NCBI GenBank assembly: GCA_963674865.2 | Contig: CAXXYE010000001.1 | Coordinates: 160,001 to 224,000 of the forward strand | DNA length: 64,000 bases | Source: Candidatus Hydrogenedentota bacterium | Lineage (GTDB): Bacteria > Hydrogenedentota > Hydrogenedentia > Hydrogenedentales > SLHB01 | Reading direction: 5' to 3' | Position numbers and translations under genes: made by a program | Notes under the pieces: model-generated | What the model was told of the DNA's origin: nothing | Databases searched by the model: none | Seen by the model: the letters and a program-made list of their open reading frames with translations, nothing else | Shown: in pieces, positions 56,469-64,000 of the stretch | How positions within the stretch are numbered: position 1 is the first letter of the stretch | Layout: each line of letters starts with the position of its first letter

Positions 56469-57782
56469 TTATCGGACGAGATTAACGGTTTCTTGAAGAA
56501 GGGTATCCGAGGCGGTGATCGTCCGCGCATTGGCCTGGAAGCCGCGCTGGGTGACGATCATGTTGGTGAACTCAGTGCCCAAGTCCACGTTCGAGCCCTC
56601 CAAGACGCCCCCGGAAACGGAGCCGCGGCCGCCGCTGTCCGGGAGGCCGACCTGCGCCGTGCCGGACGACTGCGTCTCGAGGAACACGTTGTCGCCCGTT
56701 CGCAAGAGGCCGCCGAGATTGGAGAATGTTGCAAGGGCTACCTGGCCGATAGTCTTGGTCAGGCCGTTAGTGAAGACGCCGTTAATCGTTCCGTCGCCAC
56801 CGATATTGAAACTCTCGAGCGTGCCGCGCGGGAAGCCGTCTTGATTGGACACCGTTACGTCGCTGTCCGCGGAGAGCTCCGTCACCTGGGAGAAATCCAG
56901 GTCGAACTCGAACGGTGTGTCAGGAAAACTGTCAAGCCCGCCGAAATCGGCTAGGGAGATGGATATTTCCGGATCGGTGTCGGCGCGCGGAGTCAAGACT
57001 CCGCCGGATACTGTTCCCTCCGCGACGACTACGCCGTCGCCGTCAAAAGCGATGGTGCCGCTCCCCACGGTATTCGTGGTACCGTCCTCGTTTGTGTATT
57101 CAGCCTCCCAGTCCCAAGCGTTGTACGAGGTTGCGCCGATGGTAACTTGGCTGGCTTTTGTATACGTGATGGTGATATCGCGGGCGGTTCCCAGAGAATC
57201 ATAGACACGGATATCACGCTCAACCGTGTCGCCCACTTCGGCATCGGACGAGAGGTTGCCTACCAGGGTGACGTTCTCGGTGGCGCGGACGATGGCTGTC
57301 GCGCCCACGGGGATCGTCAGGTCCTGCAACACGGCATTCACGTCGATCACGCCCGAGCTATCCGCCATGTAGCCTTGCACGCGCAGGCCGCTTGCCGAGT
57401 CGATCAGCACGCCGTCTGCGTTCAAGGAGAACGAACCGTCGCGCGTGTAGTAGTTCGCGGAGCCATCGCTGAGCACGAAGAAACCCGTGCCCTGGATTGC
57501 GAGGTCCGACGCCACGCCGGTAGTGATCAGGGATCCTTGAGTATGATCCACGTCAATCGAGCCCACCTGAACGCCCAATCCGACCTGCACCGGATTGCTG
57601 CCGCCGAAGTTGTCGACAGGTGCGCTGCCCCCTTCCAAAGTCTGCGAGAAGAGATCCTGGAAGAGGACTCGGGACCCCTTGTAGCCGGTGGTGTTGACGT
57701 TGGCGATATTGCTTGCAACGACGTCAAGGCGGCGCTGATGCGCAAGCAGGCCTGTGACGCCGGTGTAGATAGCGGTACCCAT
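56469..57782 (-). CDS. flgE: Flagellar hook protein FlgE
   Basis: NIANVNTTGYK, YTRDGSF, LEGSNVDL..MIVTQRGFQANAR. Confidence 0.96.
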   Translation of the reverse strand: MGTAIYTGVTGLLAHQRRLDVVASNIANVNTTGYKGSRVLFQDLFSQTLEGGSAPVDNFGGSNPVQVGLGVQVGSIDVDHTQGSLITTGVASDLAIQGTGFFVLSDGSANYYTRDGSFSLNADGVLIDSASGLRVQGYMADSSGVIDVNAVLQDLTIPVGATAIVRATENVTLVGNLSSDAEVGDTVERDIRVYDSLGTARDITITYTKASQVTIGATSYNAWDWEAEYTNEDGTTNTVGSGTIAFDGDGVVVAEGTVSGGVLTPRADTDPEISISLADFGGLDSFPDTPFEFDLDFSQVTELSADSDVTVSNQDGFPRGTLESFNIGGDGTINGVFTNGLTKTIGQVALATFSNLGGLLRTGDNVFLETQSSGTAQVGLPDSGGRGSVSGGVLEGSNVDLGTEFTNMIVTQRGFQANARTITASDTLLQETVNLVR

Positions 57783-57799
57783 TCCTTCTTTCCTCCTGG

Positions 57800-58273
57800 T
57801 TAGTAGCGCCGCGTCAGTCGTTCGGCGACGCCCAGGCTTCCCCATGCGGGGTCCAGCCCGTTTTCCGCTTGCGACGGCGCCGCCTCATCTTTGCTGGCGA
57901 TGATGATGGCGCTGTCGATGTTGGTGAATACTTGATCTTCCATTTCGTTCTGGTCCACTGCCGTGATCACCGTCCGATTGGGTACGCTGACCACAAGGGC
58001 GCAGTTTTCCATGAGGAGTAGCGTTTCGCGTGCGCCTTTCTCCGCCGCACTGTCCACGGCTTGGGTGATGCGGCCTTGATCGGCTTCCGTGAGCGTAATG
58101 CCCCGCTCATCCAAGCGACGTTGGGCGTGCGCGGAGAACTTCACGGCGCGAAGGCTCTGCGCTTCGCTCTCAAGAACAGCCGAGAACGATTGCTGGGCCG
58201 GTGCGGCCCGCGACTGCGACGAAACCGCGTTTGAGCGGCCGTCGATGCTCTCGAATTGGATTCGGTTTACCAT
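57800..58273 (-). CDS. Flagellar operon protein (TIGR02530-like)
   Basis: KFSAHAQRRL..RGI, NRTVITA, VFTNIDSA; lies between flgD and flgE. Confidence 0.88.
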   Translation of the reverse strand: MVNRIQFESIDGRSNAVSSQSRAAPAQQSFSAVLESEAQSLRAVKFSAHAQRRLDERGITLTEADQGRITQAVDSAAEKGARETLLLMENCALVVSVPNRTVITAVDQNEMEDQVFTNIDSAIIIASKDEAAPSQAENGLDPAWGSLGVAERLTRRY

Positions 58274-58278
58274 GGCGT

Positions 58279-58800
58279 CTACTCGATCGTCAGCACGCCC
58301 GCCATGGAGACGGTTTGGCCATCGACATAGAGCTGTACGACGCTGCCTTCGAGCTGGACGCTTTCAACCGTGCCTTCGACGATGTTGCCGTCGACATCAA
58401 GAGCTGTCACATTGTGCCCCACCAGCCCAGTGGCCGAGATGAAGTTCAACTGGTCGATGTTCCCGGCGAGCAGCTCGACGTTCTCATTGAGAGTTGTCAT
58501 TTGCTCGAGAGACGAAAACTGGGCCAGTTGGGCAAGCATCTCGCTGTTGTCAACGGGATCCATCGGGTCCTGGTACTGCAACTGCGTGACAAGCAGCGTC
58601 AAGAACGCTTCGCCGTCCAAGTCGTCGTAGCCGCTCGACGTTTCTTCCGTGCTGTTCTTCTGCGTCACCGCGGCTTTGCGAAGAAGTGACACGAGGCCGG
58701 AGGAAGTGTCTGACGCAGCAGCGGTGTTCTCACTCCTGCTGAAGAGGGAACGCCCCAGTGAGCCAATGGCGTTGAGGCCGTGTGCGAGTATGGGGTTCAT
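58279..58800 (-). CDS. flgD: Flagellar hook capping protein FlgD
   Basis: FLTLLVTQLQYQDPMDP..AQLAQFSSLEQ. Confidence 0.95.
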   Translation of the reverse strand: MNPILAHGLNAIGSLGRSLFSRSENTAAASDTSSGLVSLLRKAAVTQKNSTEETSSGYDDLDGEAFLTLLVTQLQYQDPMDPVDNSEMLAQLAQFSSLEQMTTLNENVELLAGNIDQLNFISATGLVGHNVTALDVDGNIVEGTVESVQLEGSVVQLYVDGQTVSMAGVLTIE

Positions 58801-58819
58801 GTTCTTACCTTTCTTTCTC

Positions 58820-60517
58820 CTAGACGAACACGTTCAGAGTCCCTTCGTGATGCGTCCTACGCGCTGGCAGGGCATCGGGGGCTCCCTGAGGGGCCTGATA
58901 GGTCGTGCGATTTCCGCTCGCCGAACGGCCATAGCCCGTGAAATCGAAGGCCTGCCGTTCCAGGGCGCCACCGGATGTCTGCCCGCCGGGCAAGTCCGTC
59001 GACACGGTGACGCGGGTCGCTTCGACTCCCTGGCGGGCCAGGGCATGGCGGAGGTCGTGTACTCGGGCCTCCAGGATTTCTCGCACGCCCTCGTTGGTTG
59101 ACGCCAGCCGCACGTTCAACTCCGAGCCGGACGACGAGACCTCGAGTCGCACTTCACCCAGCGATTCGGGTTCCAGCCGCACGGTAAGCCGCTTCTCCCC
59201 GTTGGCCGCCATGTAGCGAACCTGCTTGATTACAGGTTCCGCTACGTCCCGCCACGAGGGAGACTCTGGCGAGGGCGCAGCTTTGGGCGCCGAGGCTGCA
59301 GCATCGACAGTCTTTGGTGCCACGGCCCACCCTCGCGCACTATCCGGGCCTGCCGTCGCATCGGGGGGCTGCTCTTCAACGGATTTACTGGCCGCAGCGG
59401 GCGTGGCCGCAGTCGTAATGTCCAGAGCTGCCGGGGTGCGGGCCGCATACTGTAGAGGCGCTCTGCTCTCCGTCGTTGTGACGGAGGAGGGGGCCACCTC
59501 CGCGGCATCCTCACTCGTGACTGCCCTTTCGACATGAGCTACGAAGCTCCGGTGCAGAGAGCCGCCACCTGAACTCTCCTCGCTCGTTGTACCTGCATCG
59601 GTGCCCGCCGACGCGTTGTCCGAGTGCCCTGGCAGGGCCTCAGCTTCGGCTTGCTGGCCGTACGCTTCGGAGATAGCACGTGCGGGGACATCCAACGAGG
59701 TGGCTACCGACTTGCTCGCCGGCGGGCCGGCGACTACCGGCTCTGCGTTCCGTGCAAGTTGTCTCGCTCGGAGCGTCACCTCTCCAGATGGCTCTGGATC
59801 GGTGCCGGCCAGCCTCTCCCAGGCCGCGGAGTGACTCGCGGCAGGAAGGTCCGTGCTTGTCGGCGCAGGTTCGTCTGTACTGGAGTCCGTTGACGGTGAT
59901 GCCGTTTGCCCGGGATCGGGAGTGTCAACATCTCCGGCTACTGCGGCTACCGCGTTGGCTTCCGGTTGGTTCGCGACGTCCTGTTGATCGGGCAAGAAAG
60001 GCCCGGGACTACCTGGCGTCATCAACTGACCTGCGACTTGGACGGCATTCTCCGCCCCTTTCGTAGCCACGGTTCCCAGGCCTTCCAGGAGTACCTCCTC
60101 GTCCCCGACAAGGGCCACGGGCGTATAGGCCGGCTCTTCCGCGGCCGGCGCAGCCGGCCAAGCGATCCCTTGACGTGCCAGCCATTCGAGCAAGGCTGTC
60201 TCAGAGGCGGGCCTTTCTTCATCCGCTTCCTGCAGCGCTTCGTCAGGCTCGCACGGGGCTGAAGCGGATGAGGCTTCACCCGCGCTCAGCAACCACTCGC
60301 TCAGCCAAGTGGGCAGCTTCTGTCCACTCGCCGGCGTTGTATCGCTGGCCGTGCCTTCCGTGGCTCCGGCGTCTGCTTGGACATCAATGCCCTGCATGCA
60401 GGCGAGCAGCATGGCAAATAGCCCACCCGTTTCGCTGGCGTTCCGGGCCTGTCCGCTTGGAGGGCCGGCTCCGCTTGCCGCCAGCAACTGCTGTACGAAA
60501 GATATGGGGATATTCAC
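58820..60517 (-). CDS. fliK: Flagellar hook-length control protein FliK
   Basis: Long Ala/Pro/Ser/Thr-rich region followed by VRLEPESLGEV..LRHAL..QG; AAGGAGG before GTG 60517. Confidence 0.88.
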   Translation of the reverse strand: MNIPISFVQQLLAASGAGPPSGQARNASETGGLFAMLLACMQGIDVQADAGATEGTASDTTPASGQKLPTWLSEWLLSAGEASSASAPCEPDEALQEADEERPASETALLEWLARQGIAWPAAPAAEEPAYTPVALVGDEEVLLEGLGTVATKGAENAVQVAGQLMTPGSPGPFLPDQQDVANQPEANAVAAVAGDVDTPDPGQTASPSTDSSTDEPAPTSTDLPAASHSAAWERLAGTDPEPSGEVTLRARQLARNAEPVVAGPPASKSVATSLDVPARAISEAYGQQAEAEALPGHSDNASAGTDAGTTSEESSGGGSLHRSFVAHVERAVTSEDAAEVAPSSVTTTESRAPLQYAARTPAALDITTAATPAAASKSVEEQPPDATAGPDSARGWAVAPKTVDAAASAPKAAPSPESPSWRDVAEPVIKQVRYMAANGEKRLTVRLEPESLGEVRLEVSSSGSELNVRLASTNEGVREILEARVHDLRHALARQGVEATRVTVSTDLPGGQTSGGALERQAFDFTGYGRSASGNRTTYQAPQGAPDALPARRTHHEGTLNVFV

Positions 60518-60715
60518 ATGATTCACCTCCTTTCCATATGGGATAGCCGACGGTTGGGGCGTATGCCTTCCCGTCGGGCAAAGCCTGAAATAAGCGTGAA
60601 GTCCCTCGACTCAATAGAAGGCAGCGAGGGCGTGAGTGTGGGAAATGCTGTAGCTTGGATGGCCCGCGGGAGCGGGGCCGGGGAAACGAGAGGATTAATT
60701 CTCCAGGCGACTTGC

Positions 60716-61258
60716 CTAGAGGCGCCTTTCCTGAAGGTTCCGCAAGATAATCGCCGCCCGCCGCGGCTCGATCTCGTCAAGGATCTTGCCGCGATCACGC
60801 TCCTTGATGAGTTGGAGCACCTCAGCGGCATCTTCCTCAGGCCAGTCCTGCAAGGCCTCGGCGGCGTTTGTGGGCTTCATTGCCGCCAAGGATTTGGCGA
60901 CGGCGCTGATGCGTTCAGCCCGATCCGCGTCGGCAACGCCAATGGCGTCGTTAATCTGCTTCTGTATCTGCGCGAGTTCCTCGCGGAGTTGATCCAGATC
61001 GCGTTCACGCAGCTTCACCTGCGCCTCCCGCTCCTTGAGCTGCTCCTCCCGCTCCTTGAGAGACTCTTGCTGTTTCTTGAGGGCTCTGACAAGCGGGCCG
61101 ACTTCATCTTCTTCGGTAGGCGCAGCGGCAACCGGCGCTTCGTGCTTCAGCAGTTTCTGCAGACTTTCCTTGTTGAGATTGCCCGTAGCTGCCGTCAAAC
61201 CCACGAGGACCGCCGCAAACGCGGCCAAGGCAAGGAACATATAGCCAACGATCTTCAT
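60716..61258 (-). CDS. MotE/YlxF-like flagellar protein (MgtE N-terminal-like domain)
   Basis: TM, coiled coil, MKPTNAAEAL..GKILDEI..AA; lies between fliJ and fliK. Confidence 0.8.
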   Translation of the reverse strand: MKIVGYMFLALAAFAAVLVGLTAATGNLNKESLQKLLKHEAPVAAAPTEEDEVGPLVRALKKQQESLKEREEQLKEREAQVKLRERDLDQLREELAQIQKQINDAIGVADADRAERISAVAKSLAAMKPTNAAEALQDWPEEDAAEVLQLIKERDRGKILDEIEPRRAAIILRNLQERRL

Positions 61259-61719
61259 GATTGTCGCGTACGGCCCCCATCGACGGCCGCTTGATTGATG
61301 GCGGTCTCGTCAAGAACGGCCTGTTCTTCTTTGTTGAGGTCGGCGAAGAGGGCGTCGCGGTGGCGCTCTTTCAGCCGCTCGACTATGCGTTTCTTCTTCA
61401 TGGCCTCTTCCAGGTCGGCCCTTCGCTCCTCTTCCGTTTCGCGCAACTCCGCGATAGCGGCGTCCTTCTCGACCGCCAGCCTTGCGAGATGCCGCTCGTA
61501 TTGATAATAGCGGTGGATGCTGCTTGCGTCGAATTCCTGCTGGGTGGCGCCGGCGGCTTCCTCCAACATGCGTTTCTGATTGCGGGCGATCTCATCTCGC
61601 TGGACAATGTTGGTGCGGAGTTCGGCGCGTACGCGCGCGAGGGCCACGGCCGTCAACTCCTCACGACGGCTGCGAACCCTTAGCAGGGTGTCCAATCGGA
61701 ATGGCTTTCTCCTGGGCAT
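61255..61719 (-). CDS. fliJ: Flagellar export chaperone FliJ
   Basis: FRLDTLLRVR..EE, coiled coil, EQAVLDE; follows fliI. Confidence 0.9.
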   Translation of the reverse strand: MPRRKPFRLDTLLRVRSRREELTAVALARVRAELRTNIVQRDEIARNQKRMLEEAAGATQQEFDASSIHRYYQYERHLARLAVEKDAAIAELRETEEERRADLEEAMKKKRIVERLKERHRDALFADLNKEEQAVLDETAINQAAVDGGRTRQS

Positions 61720-61727
61720 GGTTGAAT

Positions 61728-63044
61728 CTAGCCCGCTAGGGCCTTCCTCATTCTTCCTTCGACCTCCTCGAGGGGCGACTTCTCGTAGAGGCCTTGCTTG
61801 AGAAACTGGCGGACGGACGGCATGAGGCGGATGGCCTCGTCGATAGCCGGATTGCTTCCCTGTGCGTAGGCGCCGATGTTGACAAGATCCTCCGCGTCGC
61901 GGTAGGTGGCCAGAAGGCTCCGAAGTCGCTGGGCCAGGTTCTGATGGCTTTCGGGCGTGACGTCGATCATGACGCGGCTGATGCTCTCAAGTATGTCGAC
62001 CGCGGGATACTGTCCGTGTGAAGCAAGATTGCGGCTCAGGGCAACATGGCCGTCGAGTATGCTTCGCAGGGCATCACTGATGGGCTCGTTGAGGTCGTCG
62101 GCTTCCACCAGCACCGCATAGAAGCCGGTGATGCTGCCTTGAGCGGAGATGCCTGCCCGTTCGAGGAGCTTGGGCAAGAGGGCGTACACCGAGGGGGGAT
62201 AGCCTCGCGTTGTGGGAGGTTCCCCGACGGCCAAGCCAATCTCCCGCTGCGCCATGGCAAAGCGCGTCACGGAGTCCATCATGAGCATCGCGTCGGCGCC
62301 CTGTTCGCGAAACCACTCGGCGATGGCCGTGGCCATATAGGCGCCTTTGATCCGAAGCAGGGCGGGCTGATCGGAGGTAATCGCCACAACGATGGAACGC
62401 GCAAGGCCCTCCGGGCCGAGGTCCTTTTCGATGAATTCCCGTACCTCTCGGCCGCGTTCCCCGATAAGCGCGATGATGTTGACGTCGGCGCTGGTGTTGC
62501 GCGCCACCATGCCTATGAGCTTGCTCTTGCCGACGCCGCTGCCGGAGAAGATGCCGAGCCGCTGCCCCTTGCCGCAGGTGATGCACGCGTCGATGGCACG
62601 CACACCGGTTGCAATAGGCTCCGAAATGGGCTGCCGCTCCAGGGGGCGGGGGGCCGCGGCCATCAAAGGTACGTCCGTTGTCCCTTGGATGACGGGCCCG
62701 CCGTCGAGAGGAAGGCCCATGGGGCCGATGACGCGCCCTAATAGATCAAGGCCCACCCGCACGCGCTCTGGGCGGTACGTTGGGATAAGCAGGCTGTCAG
62801 GGCCGATGCCGTGGATGTCTCCCAAAGCCATCAGGAGGATCTTGTCGCCCCGGAAGCCAACCACCTCGAGGGGTATGCGTGGCCCGCTGTCCCGGCCCTG
62901 GACATAACAAAGATCGCCCACCCGCATCGGTGGGCCGACGGCTTCGATGGTGAGCCCGACAACGCCGACAATTTTGCCGCAAACGGCCATGGTGTTGGCG
63001 GCCGCAATGCGCTCGCGGTGCTGTTGAAGGTCCAAGCCCGTCAC
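61728..63044 (-). CDS. fliI: Flagellum-specific ATPase FliI
   Basis: GSGVGKS, LIGERGREV, DSVTRFAMAQREIGL, GYPPS, LDGHV.LSR. Confidence 0.96.
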   Translation of the reverse strand: MTGLDLQQHRERIAAANTMAVCGKIVGVVGLTIEAVGPPMRVGDLCYVQGRDSGPRIPLEVVGFRGDKILLMALGDIHGIGPDSLLIPTYRPERVRVGLDLLGRVIGPMGLPLDGGPVIQGTTDVPLMAAAPRPLERQPISEPIATGVRAIDACITCGKGQRLGIFSGSGVGKSKLIGMVARNTSADVNIIALIGERGREVREFIEKDLGPEGLARSIVVAITSDQPALLRIKGAYMATAIAEWFREQGADAMLMMDSVTRFAMAQREIGLAVGEPPTTRGYPPSVYALLPKLLERAGISAQGSITGFYAVLVEADDLNEPISDALRSILDGHVALSRNLASHGQYPAVDILESISRVMIDVTPESHQNLAQRLRSLLATYRDAEDLVNIGAYAQGSNPAIDEAIRLMPSVRQFLKQGLYEKSPLEEVEGRMRKALAG

Positions 63045-63709
63045 GGTTGTTCCGTCAGCGCGTCAAAGATCTGGCCGAGTTGCGCCTGCCACTGGGCATC
63101 GAGGTAGAGCGTGTCCGACTCAACGACACACCCCCCCGGACTTATCTCGGCGTCGGCCGTCACCTCGACGTGTTTCACGCCGTCGAATTCCTCGAGTAAC
63201 CTGACCCGCTGCTGCTGCAGCGCATCGAAATCTTGAGGGTGGACTCGTATCAACAAGCGCTCACGGTCGAGGAGTGCCTGTATGGCGCTACGGACGGTGG
63301 TCCGAAGGACATCCGGATCATTCTTGGCTTCTCGTTGGAGGATGCGCTCGGTGATGGCGTTGACGAGAGCCAACACGTGAGGCTCGATGTTGGCAAGGAA
63401 CTCTTCATGGGCCTTCCGGATTGCTGCCGAGGCCTCTTTGAGGGCTGACGCCGACTCGGCCACCGACTCGGCGTAGTGAGTTTTCGCCGCCTCGATGCCC
63501 CGTCGCAGGCCTTCCTCGTATGCTTCCCGTACCTTTCGTTCGGCTTCGGAGCGCGCCTGAGTCATGACATCCGCGCCGTCTGTGAGGGCGCCCTCCTCAG
63601 CGCCTTCGACAAGCATAGGCTCGAGGACATCGCGCTGGTAGTCGCTGAAGGCCTCGTTGCCGGCTTCGGGTGATTTGATTAGCCTGGACATTGACGTTTG
63701 CTCGGGCAT
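63041..63709 (-). CDS. fliH: Flagellar assembly protein FliH
   Basis: AYEEG..G repeats, IRVHPQD, GGCVVES. Confidence 0.9.
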   Translation of the reverse strand: MPEQTSMSRLIKSPEAGNEAFSDYQRDVLEPMLVEGAEEGALTDGADVMTQARSEAERKVREAYEEGLRRGIEAAKTHYAESVAESASALKEASAAIRKAHEEFLANIEPHVLALVNAITERILQREAKNDPDVLRTTVRSAIQALLDRERLLIRVHPQDFDALQQQRVRLLEEFDGVKHVEVTADAEISPGGCVVESDTLYLDAQWQAQLGQIFDALTEQP

Positions 63710-63715
63710 AGGCGC

Positions 63716-64000
63716 CTAGACGACGATCTCGTCCTCGCTGCCGCCGCCGCGACCTTCGATCATGAGTTCCCCGGCCTCCTCCAAACGGCGTATTACGCCG
63801 ACGATCTTCTGCTGTGCCTCCTCCACGTTGCGGAGACGAACAGGGCCCATGAACTCGATTTCCTCTTGGATCATCTCGCGGGCCCGCTGGGACATATTGC
63901 GGAATATCTTGTCGCGGACTTCCTCGTTGGCGGACTTCAACGCCAGGGCCAGATCTTTCTGCTCGATTTCGCGCAGGGCCTTCTGGATGCCGCTGTCGTC
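63716..64000 (-). CDS. fliG: Flagellar motor switch protein FliG (C-terminal part, cut by the window edge)
   Basis: IFRNMSQRA..EEIEFMGPVRLRNVEEAQQKIV..IRRLEEAGE. Confidence 0.93.
   Translation of the reverse strand, partial: DDSGIQKALREIEQKDLALALKSANEEVRDKIFRNMSQRAREMIQEEIEFMGPVRLRNVEEAQQKIVGVIRRLEEAGELMIEGRGGGSEDEIVV

Noticed and set aside
60575..60632. Superficial c-di-GMP-I riboswitch resemblance (GGCAAA..GAAA..GGCAGCG) upstream of fliK
   Set aside because: It lies on the strand opposite to fliK, and the P2 stem and ACGCAAA junction cannot be formed.

Overview
A GC-rich bacterial chromosomal segment. Its gene content (DUF1553/DUF1501/PPC triad, giant PQQ-repeat protein, beta-helix surface protein with a GC-TM-basic tail, flagella) suggests a PVC-like or Ca. 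Hydrogenedentota organism; this is inference, not a taxonomic assignment. Left to right it holds: a duplicated YtrA(GntR)-ABC module with multi-TM proteins and proteins carrying a C-terminal pseudopilin-like domain, interrupted by nested MITE/REP-like elements; an S9 peptidase; a PPC-DUF1501-DUF1553 triad; a frameshifted ~1700-aa PQQ-repeat/malectin protein with a secreted partner and an FtsX-like permease; a methyltransferase, two Gfo/Idh/MocA oxidoreductases, peptidase MA and glgX; a PspC protein; a short-form leuA; a beta-helix surface protein; an ECF sigma-TM-PDZ fusion; anSME, a C39-like peptidase, a polyferredoxin and DUF362; murB; a pdaD-DHS-like-speB polyamine operon; IS30; pilT; an ECF sigma, anti-sigma and DUF4097 gene with several single-base frameshifts; an ADP-ribosylglycohydrolase; and a flagellar operon from fliG to fliP. 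The best signals missing from the ORF track are a complete leucine leader-peptide attenuator plus an SD-sequestering hairpin upstream of leuA, and a GGGACAGTCCC REP-like core carried inside three different MITE shells, one nested in another with a 5-bp target duplication. No rRNA, tRNA or CRISPR array was recognised. All family calls come from motif recognition by eye; no searches were run.
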